NCBI GenBank assembly: GCA_003971905.1
Contig: RSEE01000073.1
Coordinates: 1 to 64,000, forward strand
Direction: 5' to 3'
Origin: Moniliella sp. 'wahieum'
Lineage: Eukaryota
Length of the DNA stretch: 64,000 bases
Part shown: positions 12,629 to 24,888 of the stretch, in pieces
Position numbering within the stretch: the first letter of the stretch is position 1
How the letters are laid out: the number at the start of each line of letters is the position of its first letter
Notes under the pieces: generated by a model
The model's database searches: none
Seen by the model: only the letters and a program-made list of their open reading frames with translations
What the model was told of the DNA's origin: nothing
Position numbers and translations under genes: made by a program

Positions 12629-15600
12629 AGACCTCACCTCCCCGGCTTCGGAGGAGGCGGGCAAGGGCAATGCGACGGGAGCGGGAAACAGGCTTGTCGG
12701 GGTACATCGCATGGAAACGAACCACCGCGTCGGCGTCGTGGGACATGTCCGCGGCTGGCACCCACTCCCGCTCGTGGACCGGGTAGCCTCGGAAATGGAC
12801 AAAGTACTCGAGACGTCCACCGCGACCCTTACGGCGGGAGTCAAGAACCTCTTGGACCTCGTGATGAACCGCCCCATCGTCGGCATACTCGGGAAGGGGG
12901 GGAGGGGGCTCGACCAAGCGGTTAGAGACCTCGTCGCCTGGGCTATAGGCGCGCAACCGGGAGACGTGGAACACATCGTGAATGTGAAGCCAATCAGGCA
13001 AGCGAACCTGGTACGCAGCACGTCCGACAGCACGGACAATGGGAAAGGGACCAAGGTAGCGATAATCCAACCCGTCGGAGGGACGTTGGGTGGATAAGTA
13101 GCCATCGCGCCGAACCAAAACCGGTTGATCAACTTCAAAGGTGTCGGCCTCGGTGCGATGCTGATCAGCGTAGTGCCGATACCGCTCCTGGGCAGCGGCC
13201 AGCGTCTTCCGAGCTACGGCCTGGGCCGAACGGAGGCCCTCGAGGTACGATGCAGCGTCCGGCACGGCCGACGACGCAGCCGCCAACTCACCGCGGGGCG
13301 AGTAGCCATACGTAAGGAAAAAGGGGGACGCGCCTGTGCTGGAGTGGGGAGAAGAGTTGTAAGCAAACTCGGCCGTGGGAAGAAGATCAATCCAGTTTGA
13401 CTGCTGCTCATCCAGGTAGCAACGAAGGTACTGCTCGAGCACCTGGTTCACTCTCTCCGTCTGCCCGTCCGATTGGGGGTGAGACGCCGTGCTGAGGCTC
13501 GAGTGGATGCCCAAGTCACTGCACAGGGCCCTCCAAAAGTGGCTCGTAAAGGTAGGACCACGGTCGCTGACCAAGTCGCGCGGCAACCCATGGTAGCGGA
13601 AAACGTGGTGAACAAACTGGTGGGCAAGCCGCGGCGCCGTGTCCGTTGTGTGGGCAGGAATGAAATGCGCCATCTTAGTGAACCTGTCCACCACGACCAA
13701 GATGGCATCGAACCCCTTCGAGGGTGGAAGCTGGGTGATGTGATCCATCGTTAAATGAGTCCACGGGCCTTGAGGTGGGGCCAAGGGTTGAAGCAAGCCA
13801 GCGGGAGGACGCCGCGGCACTTTGGTCCGCTGACAACGGTCGCAAGAGCGCACATATGCCCACACGTCGGCCGACAGGCGGGGCCACCAATACTGCGACC
13901 GCACACGCAACCGAGTCTTGTCCCGCCCTTCGTGTCCTGCCAGCGCGGAGTCGTGGGCCTGGAAAAGGACAGCCGCGCGGAGGGGGGCATCGGGGGGACA
14001 TAGATCTGCTCACCATGCCACAGGAGGCCATCGCGAACGGTAAGAGCATGACGGGGGGGTCGCGGGGAGGTCGCAACGGCCCAACGGGGGTCGCGGGGGC
14101 ACCAAATCGCGGATGCGCTGCTGGATATCGTCGGCCGACAAGCGCGCACCAACGGCGCGTCGGGTGAGTGGACATGAGCTCGAGCACGCAGCCGAACGCT
14201 CAGAGACAGGCTCCAGCAGGGTCTGGGGGGCAGCCTCGGCAGGGCGAGAGCCGATGGAAAGATCGGGGCGACGGGACAAGCCATCAGCGGCAGCATTCTT
14301 CGTCCCGGAGCGAAACACCATGAGTAGCCGGTAGGGCGACAAGGTCTGACGCCACCGGCCCTGCCGGCGGTTCAGGAGGCGCGGCCGGCGGAAGGTAGCG
14401 ATCGCCTCGTGGTCCGTAAGCACCTGGACCGTATCGACGCTCTCAACATAGTGGCGCCACACTTCGACGGCCGCCACAATGGCAAGCACCTCCTTCTCAG
14501 ACGTGGTATAGTGAGTTCGGCTGCGACAAGCTTGCGGGAATGGAAGGCGACAGGCCGCCAACGACCATGTTCGTCCTGCTGGGCCAGCACGGCACCCAAG
14601 GCGGCATCCGATGCGTCAGTCTCAATGCGGAGTGGCCGACTGGGGTCAAAATGGCAAATGACATGGGGAGAAGCGAAGGCCCTCTTGAGGTCGTCGAAGG
14701 CGCTTTGGCAGGCAGGCGTCCAATCAAACCGCTGTGTCTTGCGGGTGAGGTCGGAAAGGGGTGCCGAAATGCGGGCATAGGAGCGAATGAAGTGGCGATA
14801 GTAATTGGCAAACCCAAGGAACACCTGAACTTGGCGACTGGTCTTGGGCGTCGGCCATGCTTTGATCGCTTCCACCTTAGCAGGATCCATTCCGATCCCC
14901 GTGGGCGCGAAACGACATAGCCCAAATACTCAGTCTGGGATGTGTGGAACTGGCACTTGTCCGGATTAAGGTAAAGCCTTGCGCGCTGCAGACGCCGCAA
15001 CACCTCGGCAACATGCTCCTCGTGTGCCTTCTCGTCCGACGAGAATACCAAGATATCGTCCAAATATGCCAGCACCGAGACGTCGAGGAGGTCCCGGAGG
15101 AGATCATTATGGCTTGGAAAGTGGCGGGCGCGTTACAGAGACCGAACGGCATGACGAGCGACTCAAAGTGACCATACCGGGTACGAAAAGCCGTCTTGTA
15201 CTCATCGCCCTCCTTGACCCTCAAAAGGTTGTACGCCCCACGGAGGTCAAGCTTGGTAAAAACGCGAGCCCCGGACAAGCGATCGAGCGAGTCACTAATC
15301 AAGGGGAGGGCCATACGATTCTTGATGGTAATGGAGTTGAGGGCACGATAGTCTACACACAGTCGGAGCGAGCCATCCTTCTTCTTAACAAAGAGAACAC
15401 CCGCCCCAAACGGCGATTTAGACGGGCGAATGAACCCAGAGGCCAAATTTTCGTCAATCCAACGGCCCAGGGCATCCATCTCGCCCGTAGAGAGGGGATA
15501 GAGACGAGTGAAGGTGGGAGTAGCGCCGGGCACGAGGTCGATCGAATGGTCGGCCGCACGATGGGTGGGAAGCGTCTTGGCGCCAGACTTGGAGAAGGGC

Positions 15601-16500
15601 ATCAAGATAGGCATGGTAGCGGGTAGGCACCGTTTTCCGGACGTGGTCGACATACTCCGGGGTGTCAAACTCGTCAGGGAACACTGGCTCTGGACCCTCT
15701 GCAACGGAAACAGACGAAATGACCAAAGCTGGGTCACTGGGACGGGCAACGCATACCTCGGTGTTGGGATCGGCGGCCACCTCTCCTTCAAACTGTTCCA
15801 AGGAAAGGAGGTCAATCGGCACGCTAGGGGGAAGGGAGGACTGGGGAGGGGTGGTGGTACCGGAGGGTGAGGAGCGAAGACGCGTACCTTGGGGAGGGGG
15901 GGACTGGTTTGAAGGTGGAGGCACAGACTGGTACGGAAGCTGAGAGGGGGACTGCGGCGGATGTGGGGAAGGGGAGAACTGGTTGGGGAGATGCTGGTGC
16001 TGGTACTGGTGCTGGTGCTGGGCGGGTGCTGGTGCTGGTGCTGGTGCTGGTGCTGGTGCTGGGGTTGGGGTTGGCAATGCTCGCGGCACTGCGGATTGTC
16101 GAAATGCAAAGTGTGCGAGGGGTAGTCGGTGGAAGGGTTGTGGGCCTCGAGAAAGGGGAGACCAAGAATCAAGGGATGGTGGAGGGAGGTGAGGAAAAAT
16201 TCCTCGGTCGACACATGCGAGCCGACCGCGACGGATGCCTCCACCGCCCGGGTCACCAGACCCGAAGAGATGGGGCGTCCGTCAACTACGCGGACTGACA
16301 AGGGCGACTCCAGCGGATGGGCAAGCAGGCCGTGTCGGTGGGCGAAGACACGATCCATAAAGACGCTGTTGGCACCAGAGTCAATCAGGGCAAGAACCGG
16401 GATCGGAGCTGGGGACGGGGACGAGGACGAAGAACCAGGGCGCAAGTGAACAAGTACCGTGAAAGAACCAGGCGAAGGCCGACTGGGCCCGACGGCCGCC
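12627..16500 (-). CDS. Gypsy pol polyprotein (PR, RT, RNase H, IN, chromodomain), split by several frameshifts
   Basis: ALIDSGA (PR). [21 protein letters not shown] and YLDDIL (RT). ETDASD (RH). [27 protein letters not shown] and YLGPF (IN). [26 protein letters not shown] (chromodomain). Confidence 0.95.
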
Positions 16501-17779
16501 TCAGACAGCACCAGCCGTGGAGGAGTCGGACTGTTGAGGCGGGGGCGAGCTGGCAAGCGGGCAGCGGGCAATGCGGTGGTCACGGGAGCCGCAACAGTAG
16601 CAGGATCCTTCCGCCCTGCGCTCCCGATATCGTGCTGCTCTCGCTGTGGCCTGCGCCTCGGCTGCGCTAAGGTCCATGGGCTCGGGTTCGGCCGGCGAGG
16701 GCCGAAAAAACTGGCTCCCGCTCGGAGCCTGAGAAGCCCTACTAACGCCGCGCATACCCAACGTCTGGGACTCGTCGATATCGATGGCCGCAGTGCGCAG
16801 CTGCTCAAACGACAGCCGATTGACGTGTGTAGACTCACCACGAGCAGCAAGACCGTCCCGCACCTTGGGTTTCAGCCCATACAGAAAGTCCCAATAGTAC
16901 TGCTCATGAGGGGCATTGGGGCTCCAGCATCGCAGCAGACGCACAAATTGAGCGGCATAGTCGGCAGCCGACCCGGTCTGAGTGAGCGCCCGATACTCCA
17001 CATACGCTGACTGCTGCGGGTTACGTTCACCCCATTCGGTCAAAAACGCAGTCCGAAAGGCAGGCCACGACTGGAGGTCAGGGGAGGTGCGCTGAGCCAA
17101 CGGCAGTTCGGGCTCCGACCCGTACTGCCGGAGCCACCGAAGCGCCTCGCCTTGCATCAATCCCATGAACCGGTCAATCTTCTCCGCATCGTCGACGTGG
17201 CGACCGAGGGCGACGCGGGCGTAGATCTCAAAGGAAGTAACGACCTCTTCAGCCGAGATGCGGTCACTTGCTGTGGGTGAGCACTGGAGGACGGACGGAA
17301 ATGGACAGGCTCGAACATCTTGAGGTCGCGAGACGCGGGTGCCGGCTGGGACGGGGCGCTCTCGGAGGCGGAAAGGGCGGGGCCTTGCACGTTGGCGGAA
17401 CCACCGCTAGCAGCAGCGCGCGCTTGCTCTGCCGTCTGTGAGAGCTGCAGCATCTCAACAGCCGCTGCAGCCTCCGCCCGTTTCTCCTCCAGCATGGCCT
17501 CCCGCCGGAACTGAGTGTGGGCGCGATCGACTCGAATCTTCTCGGCCTCGTGGGCATTGTCGTCGCGAATCTTCTCGGCCTCGTAGGCCCGTTCCTCGCG
17601 GAGCTCTCCGCCTGCAGCCGACGAGCCGCGCGAGCATCATTCAACTCGTCCAGCGCGATTGCAGAAGCGGGGGGTCCAGCCATGGAAGATGGGTCTTGGG
17701 CCATCGGAGCGGCGGGGGTGTACCATTCTGCCTCCTCGCCACCGCCAGCACCGCCGCCATCGCCGCCATCACGAGGCAT
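16501..17779 (-). CDS. Gypsy gag (frameshifted)
   Basis: [57 protein letters not shown] zinc knuckle. Confidence 0.9.
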
Positions 17780-17889
17780 CCAATGCGTAACGGCCACTGC
17801 GGCGCACGGGGGGGTTACTGGTAGGGTTGCTGAGATTCTGCTGGTCGGGGGTCGCGGACATCTTGGTCGGGCTCGTCTGATTGGCGTTG

Positions 17890-17898
17890 ACGAACGAT
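17890..17898 (-). promoter_or_regulatory. Self-priming (non-tRNA) primer-binding site
   Basis: There is no TGG after the 5' LTR. Instead, element-sense ATCGTTCGT is the exact complement of ACGAACGAT inside the 5' LTR (17970-17962). Confidence 0.8.
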
Positions 17899-17900
17899 AA

Positions 17901-18082
17901 TGTAACAGTCGGGGCTAAACGAGGGAGACCAAGGTCCTGTCAGAGGCGGGGGAAAGGCAAGATCGTTCGTGGGAGGAAACAGAAGGCATCAGGCAGAGAA
18001 CAGAAGCAAAAGGGAAGGGGGAAGAGCGAGAGACACAGGATGCGGAATTGGAAATTGGAGCGAGCTTAGTCATTCGGTGACA
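17901..18082 (-). repeat. 5' LTR of the gypsy element (182 bp)
   Basis: Direct repeat of 12437-12616, followed by the TSD GTAGC. Confidence 0.97.
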
Positions 18083-19210
18083 GTAGCACACCTGTCGAAC
18101 ACCGGAATCGCATCATACTTCGCCCCACACCAGAAGGGTATCTGGCTTGGTAACCCTGGATCCACCCTACGAAAAGTAACCGGCAGTGACTATCAATTCA
18201 CGATCTTACACAACCCGCGTACGCCACCCACACCCCTGCGGGCCATGGCGACCAAACCAATCAAACCGGCCGACCCACCCTCAACTCCAAACCCCCTCGC
18301 AGCATCCTGGCCCTGGACCACGTCTTAAAGCCCACAAACGCTGGAACCACGCGGCCATCGACCTCCTTCCCTGGCTCACACGATCGGAAACCGCAGGCCT
18401 CCGCGTCACAGCCAAGCATATCTCCCTCTGTCGCTCAGAGTGGGATTGCCCAACATGCGCGGTGGCGTTAGCGACAGCATCGCCCATCCGAGCCGGGATC
18501 GCCTCCGATCCAAAAGACCTTTCGAGGTCCTCCACGTCGACGTAGTAGACCTCCCCCGGGTAACCGGCATGGGGCACGGATACGCCCTCGTCGCCGTTGA
18601 TGACTTCACGCGGTACGTCTTCACCACAGCGATCCCGACAAAGGGCGCTGCAACGAAGGAACTGCGGAACCTCATATTGCGGGAGCAACGCTACGGCCCG
18701 GACAGACTGCTGCGGGACTTTGCGCACGGACAACGCCCCCGAATTGACAAGCGCACTGCAACCCTTCCTGGACGAGCAAGGCATCACGTCAGAACGGACA
18801 ATCCCGGGGCAGAGTGCTAGCAACGGTGTGGCTGAGCGTGCCATCCGAACCTTAACGACTCGTGCAAGGCAGTTACTCTTGGGTACAGGTCTTCCGACGT
18901 CGGATGGGAACACAGCCTCCACGCTGCGTGCTTCACCCAAAACCAAATGCCACTCAAAACATCCGGGGAGGACAACAAATCGCGATTTGAGCGATACAAA
19001 GCCACGCATACTCGTTACCGATGCAACCCTTTGGCCGCGTTGCATACCTCCACCTGCCCGAGTCACGCCGCGAGCACAAGCTTAGCGCGCGGGCAGAGGA
19101 AGGTATGCTGGTAGGATACCACCATCAGCGCGGATCAAAGGGATGGCTCTTCGCCACATACCAACCATCCCTGGGTACCTTCACCTACCGCTGGAGCGAG
19201 GCGACATCGA
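18083..19210 (+). CDS. Copia pol continuation: GAG-pre-integrase, integrase, SH3-like domain (frameshifted, truncated)
   Basis: HKRWNH..CPTCAVA; PFEVLHVDVV..YALVAVDDFTRY; LRTDNAPE..FLDEQGI..SNGVAERAIRTL; PFGRVAYLHLP..KLSARAEEGMLVGY. Confidence 0.92.
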
Positions 19211-20482
19211 TGGTGCTAGAAGGTAGTAGTAAAATGTAATACCATAGTAACCAGGGAGAGCGAGCATAGGAGGATGAGATTCGTCAGATACGTCGGCCAT
19301 GGGCACGTCAATGACGTTTCTGACGTTCAAGGGGGTGACGTCGGCGATATAACTGACCTGCAGGGGGATGACATCGAGGACATATCTGACGTTCAGGGTG
19401 GTGACATCGACGACGTCACTGACCGCAGCGCGCTGACAGAATTGCCTCACCCGCGACAAATTACTCCTCTGACATTTTTGAAGGTATTTTATATCATAAA
19501 CATAAAAGATGTCTTTTCGTGATCCGCTGTGTACTCACGTGAGTTTCCACGGGTAACGGCAACCTTGCTTAATGGTGCCGAAGGGTAGGAGGTCAATCTT
19601 CTAGTTCGTCAAGGGAACGAAAAACAGAAGCGCGAGCTTCGTACCAAACAGCTGTGGTCCCTTTGCTTTACTAGCGGTTTTACTCTTCGAACTGGGGTTC
19701 TAGCGAGGCCGATGTTTGAAGAGGAGGTCGTAGAACAAGCCGATTAGCCATTTGCCTCCAATGAATTCCTAGTCAATGCGGACAGAGCTAGTAGTCTTTG
19801 TATAGGCTGGCAATGGCCCGCGAGCTACTATGCAATAGGTAGCGGCCAAGAGATGGTCTGTTGCGAGACCTAGTTAGGGTTACTACTGGAAGCGAACAGG
19901 GTGCCATAAGCGTCAGCGATGCCAACCGGTAACGTTTCCAGTAACTAGTAACTCCTGTCCATCGCGCTGAGACAATCCACGGCCAACTTTTTGGGGATGG
20001 AAAGGCATTCTCTGGGAGCTACGGAGGAGGGCTACAGCCCCAGGGAATAGAACTAGCTCTGGAAAGCTCCGTCGGAGTCCGTCAAAACTCTCTCAACTCT
20101 TAATTTGGGCTGTGGGCATCCTCTTAATTTAGGCTGTGGGCATCATGTCCTTAAAACAGAGGGGTCCGTAATGACCGTCAACAGATGTATATTATGGTGT
20201 AGCCCCGATCAGTGCTACCATAGGTATAGTGGAATGCCCATGAGGACATAGTATACCAAAAAAAACTCACATGTGATTGAAAGCAATCAGCTGGCGAATC
20301 AACACACTCGCGCAGTTACAAGTGGCACAGGGAAGGAAAACGGGGATGAAACAAGTAAGTGAATCAAAGATGACGGAACAAATACCGAGAAACCCACCAG
20401 CCCAACATATTCATACTCATGTGGTATGGGATATGAGGTAGGGTGTCTTCACCCATCTTCCCAACCTCCCAACCTCCCTCCA

Positions 20483-23402
20483 TCACGACCGGTTGGTGCT
20501 ACCGTTGGTGATCCGCGGCACACACCACCCAGTATTAGTCAATGGAAATTTGGCATCCACACCCGCGCACACTGTCCCATTGGGTGTCGGGGCAAATGGG
20601 ACTGGGCCGATCGTACCTTCGATATAGGTCAGATTCCCCCATTTTTGTCGTGTGTTGCTGTTGAGTGGTGACCCATCAATATATCCATTCATGGCGTCGT
20701 TAGCGAAGCCTTGATCCTGCCAGATGGCCATAACGATCACGCAAGTGATAGATGAGCCGAGTGACAGCGCTCCAGAAAGGGTATACTTCATCCTGTAGTG
20801 ACATAGTACAGAGGGGAGAAGAAGTGAGTCTTGTGGCAAGAACAACCGAGCCAGGAGCGTGGGGATACGTACGAGAGCCAATAGTTGTGTTGCCGCGCAC
20901 GACTAAAACAGCAGAAAAAGAGTAGACCAAAGAAAACCCAGGATGTGTAGCTAATCGACTTGTTGGAGGTCCAATCAGAGATGCACCCAAAAATCACCGG
21001 CACAACGATCCAGGCTGGTGTAAAACGGTAAATCACCGCCGCCAGAGTGATAGGGCATAGACAGGGAGGGGAAGGAAGGCACCAACCAGGAACCCATACA
21101 AGGTCCAAGAGTAAAGTTGCAGGAAGCCAACGTAAGACCCCACCCCGCCCCAGTATTATATCGTTTTGGTATGCACCCGAATTGGACGCAGTATAAGAGT
21201 TGGTTGACAAGGGTTGAGTGATGATTCCTGCTGGGGCGGAAGTGACTCCTAGCGCGTCACTGGATCCATTCTCTTCGGCTGTGCCTTGTTTGATCCAAAA
21301 CACAGCATGAACCAAGCCACAGGCAATCTGCACGCCAACTTGGGTAAGAAAATTGACACGCGGTGGAATCTTGAAGTAATGGCACAGTTTGGATCCACCA
21401 GCAAATAATGCGGCCTGATGGATGACGTTGTTACTGAACAGGCTGAACAAAACGAGGCTGGTGGTGTTGTGCTCAAAAGAAGTCCTGCAACGAGGCATGA
21501 AAAGTGACGAAGGGAGACTTGGACCCCCGTGATGGCCTGGACCAGGCAGATCGGAACGACAAAAACAGAGGCTATAAGAAGAGCGACGAACAAGCCCCAC
21601 ACCGGGAACCCTGTCTGGTACGCGTGCACTGCCGGAATACAAACAGCAATGCTTACGCAGAAGAGCCCAAGGCTCCACCCAATGGGCACTTGCTTGTAGT
21701 TAGTAAGGATGGCCCGTGTGTGGGGGTCGTACGCGCTAGCTGGCTTTTGCTGTAACCAATTGCGAATATCCGCCCCATGGAAAAGCCCGACATGCACCAA
21801 CACGGACGATACTGCAATAAAGGAAAAGAAGATGGCCACAACACCCATGGCGGACAGATATGGAAACGAGTATGAGTTGTACTCATTGGAATCAAACCGA
21901 AAAGGTTCCTCTAGAGAACGGTTGCTGGCGTGTAGACTGAGATACAGGTACTCCGCTGCCATGAAATCGAATGGGCTTGTAGTCGAGAAGGGAATATGGC
22001 CCATGTGGTGGATGTTGGTACACATGAGAGCTACGCCGATTACGCATCCTCCCAAAATGATCCCGACCAACACGCACACCAAGACGTACGGTGGCACAAT
22101 TAAGGGAGATAACCCTTTCGCCGTCACAACCTCGTACCAATCGAATGTGAGCATATGTAGGCCCAGTCCGCTGTCGCCGCCAAAGATGAGGTTGATGGCA
22201 AACGAATCTGGCGCTATCCAAGGTAAGAAGCTGAATGTTCGCATTGGCGTGAAAAACAACCGTGGTACCAATTCCCATACCGCGATGAGCACCAGCACGC
22301 CCCAGAACACGTATCGCATATGCCAATGGGTGGCGCGGATCCCATGCAGAGCAGTCAGCACAGCCGAAGTCTCCAGCTGCACGGGCCAGACCAGCGGCTC
22401 AGGCCACAGACCAGCACCTTGTGGGCCAGATTGGCCAGAGGAAAGCCGAGGAGGGGGGCACCAATGGAGAGAAGAAAGATGAACCCTCGTTTCCAAAGTG
22501 TCAACTCTCCGGGGAGGGAATCATAATCTGAGGTTACATAATTTGCGTTCACTAAAGCGGTAAGCATGAAGAGGGTCTGGTTGGGGCCAGTGGTGATGCC
22601 CGCAATAACGGTAAGCAGCCTGCGAGAGACCAAAGTTAGAGCAGCTGTGGAATAACAGAGAAATATGGTGAGGGCGTCAGGATGATCCCAAACGTACGCA
22701 TGCTCCTTGCAGTTGAAAGGCCCGGGATTGAAGAAATGTTTGAAGGGCCAGTGGTCGGGGGTACGGCACCTTGGACAAAAGGGTACCCAGCCCATAAGCA
22801 AACGGCTGAATAAAGACGGACCCTATCAATGTCGAAGCGTCGCCAAGAGAAAAGACAACATCCAACTCAAAGTACAAGACCGAGAGGCCGACAGTGATCA
22901 AGGATCCCATGAACCAAACACGTACCGTGTTAATTGGTAAGGAAGGATCGTCCTGATTGGGGACTGTGGCGCGAACTTCAGGTAGAGAAGATATGGATTG
23001 GTTAAAATTGGCGTCATCATCATCGGCCGTGGAGATAGAAGTGTCGCGGAGGGAGATGTTTTTGCATTGGATACTGTCCTTGTTCATATCCATATCGTTG
23101 TCAGGACGGCGATGGAACATCTCCAACAGGTGCAATCTGTCATCAGGATTGATGGTGGCATCCTCCGGCATGTGTCCAAGCAAATATGTCCGCAAGTAGT
23201 TGCTCGTGTCGAAGGATCCGGGACGGATAGAGTCCTGGCGGCGGTTGGATGTGGGATCGTCATCAGCGGGAGGAGCATCAATGGCACCTTCTAATGATTC
23301 TCGATCAAAGTCTTCAGAATCGGAGAGTCCCTCCGGCGGGTTCGGCATGGACAATAACGATAATGGGCCGGTGGCCTCGGCGTCGACCTTGGTACTCCAC
23401 AT
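20483..23402 (-). pseudogene. OPT-family oligopeptide transporter, copy 1. At least 5 frameshifts (pseudogene or assembly indels); introns 22697-22620 and 20872-20793
   Basis: PEVRATVPNQDDPSLPINTVRVWFMG; NPGPFNCKEH; LGLHMLTFDW; SPLIVP; DPHTRAILTNYKQVP; KLCHYFKIPPR. Frame changes at ~22760, ~22410, ~21470, ~21157 and ~21030. Confidence 0.88.
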
Positions 23403-24791
23403 CTTAGGAGGAGTAAGCGGCTCGAGGACAATGATGAAAGAAAGGGAGATAGTGGAGGCGGTAAGCACGAAGAGGGGTCCGGTGAGCTGGGCTCTGTTCT
23501 GTACCTAGCCAGCCTCTGTTCTTTTTATCGCCCCTGTATCTTTGGTCTACTCCTGGTAGGGGTGCGTCTGGGCTCTGGTTTGTCGGGACGTTGAACAAAC
23601 CCATGCACTCTGTTGTGTCTTAATAGCGGAGTATATCCCCATCGATCCTTGCAACTAAGATCCGGTCCCTTCCGCACGATCGAGGAGATCAATGGTGGGA
23701 GAGTAGGGTCCCTAACCGTATCCGGCTTCACTTATTTGGTCTTTGGGATCAGACCCTTGTAAGCTCTAAGTTTTGAGCTGTCGGATCTGAACGTCAATTT
23801 TCCATCTGGGGGCGTCATTCTCGCTGTGATATTTTCTCGTCCTTATACGTTACACGCCTTGCCTGTTTCTGTAGATAAGAGCGGGTACCCAGTGGCCTTG
23901 TTACTTAGAGCGTTTTTCATGCTTGACTGTTTCCATTCCCGACTGAGTATGGGAACCATTCCCTATAGTTTTGATCTGTGATCCGTTTTTACAGTCCTGT
24001 CGATCAGTCGCCATTATTCCGTATTCTTTCTTTGTTACATGCCAATTCCTTAACGCTCCTGTGGTTGTATATAGCCTTTAAGTCGTTCTTTAGTTTGTTA
24101 TTCACCCCTAACGAATCATTTCGGCTTCTCTTCATTTCGTCTTAAGTCATTTGATCTTTCATCTTTGTAACAGCATCCTTTTCAAATCCATCCTTGACCC
24201 ATTACAGGCAACTCCCACGGCGACCCTACAAGAGTGTAGTTGTACTTTGGCGCGGCCTGTCCGACCCTCTCTTTGCCTACGCCAATCTCGCGGCCAACCC
24301 TTCTCAGTACCACGAACTGACAGCACCGCGAAGCCTTTGGAACGCCGGGAGAAGGATGAGCTGCTTCGCCTGCTGGAACAAACAGAATGCGACAAGAACG
24401 CCAAGTATCAGGGACGCACTCAAGATCCGTTTTCCCCCTGGTTGTGACGACACGATGATACTACGGCACGAACTGACATCGGGCAAGATGCTGGCGCAGT
24501 CGAAGGATTTGACTAATATTAGATCCGGCGCGATCCATCACCCTGTGACAGATGGGGCGCATATACTATGTTTTGTAGAGAAGACGCTCCCGCAGTGTTT
24601 AGTATACAGTGTCCCAGTCGTGGATTAGGTGAAAATGCAGACAAAGAAGTTCTCAACACCCAGGATACACTTGCACTTGCGATACGGGCTCGGGACGGCA
24701 CCACACAGAGTTAAAAAGGTCAACTGGATCTGCTTCAAGGTGACCACTTTACCTTATGAATGTTTCACGCGTGCCCGTGTGTAGCCGTATG

Positions 24792-24888
24792 GGCGAGATA
24801 GCGAAGTGGTCTAACGCGCTGTGTTAAGGATGATCGTTGTCCGTAACCGCAGTCCTCCGGGGCGTGGGTTCGAATCCCACTCTCGTCA
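24792..24888 (+). tRNA. tRNA-Leu(AAG) with a 17-nt canonical intron (24830-24846)
   Basis: Acceptor stem GGCGAGA/TCTCGTC+A. D-loop AAGTGGTCTAA. Anticodon stem CTGTG/CGCAG with AAG at 24826-24828. Variable arm, GTTCGAATCC T-loop, and a downstream T-run terminator. Confidence 0.93.

Larger units (their letters stand above)
12437..18082 (-). mobile_element. Full-length Ty3/gypsy chromovirus (Tf1/MAGGY-like), 5.65 kb
   Basis: Two near-identical TG..CA LTRs, 5-bp TSD GTAGC (12432-12436 and 18083-18087), gag with CCHC, PR-RT-RH-IN-chromodomain, and a PPT. Confidence 0.97.
10857..19210 (+). mobile_element. Ty1/copia LTR retrotransposon, 3'-truncated (no RT/RNase H, no 3' LTR seen), interrupted by a gypsy insertion
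   Basis: Domain order gag-PR-GAG-pre-integrase-IN-SH3. PBS-like TGGTAGTAGCGAGG at 10857. The 5' LTR probably ends ...CTCACA at 10851, but its start is not definable. Confidence 0.9.

Noticed and set aside
16705..16712. G-TTT-TTT-C in gag as a programmed -1 frameshift site
   Set aside because: It is not a canonical X XXY YYZ in the gag frame and lies upstream of the zinc knuckle. With several probable indel errors in the element, the true gag/pol phase cannot be determined.
19701..19712. TAGCGAGGCCGA match to 10863-10874 as a copia 3' LTR
   Set aside because: The match is only 12 nt, lies in the PBS region rather than the LTR, and does not extend.
24151..24750. Short overlapping plus-strand ORFs upstream of the tRNA
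   Set aside because: Protein-like but without a recognisable motif or a consistent gene structure.
24825..24827. Reading the tRNA anticodon as TAA
   Set aside because: The stem CTGTG/CGCAG places T32-T33, then AAG at 34-36.
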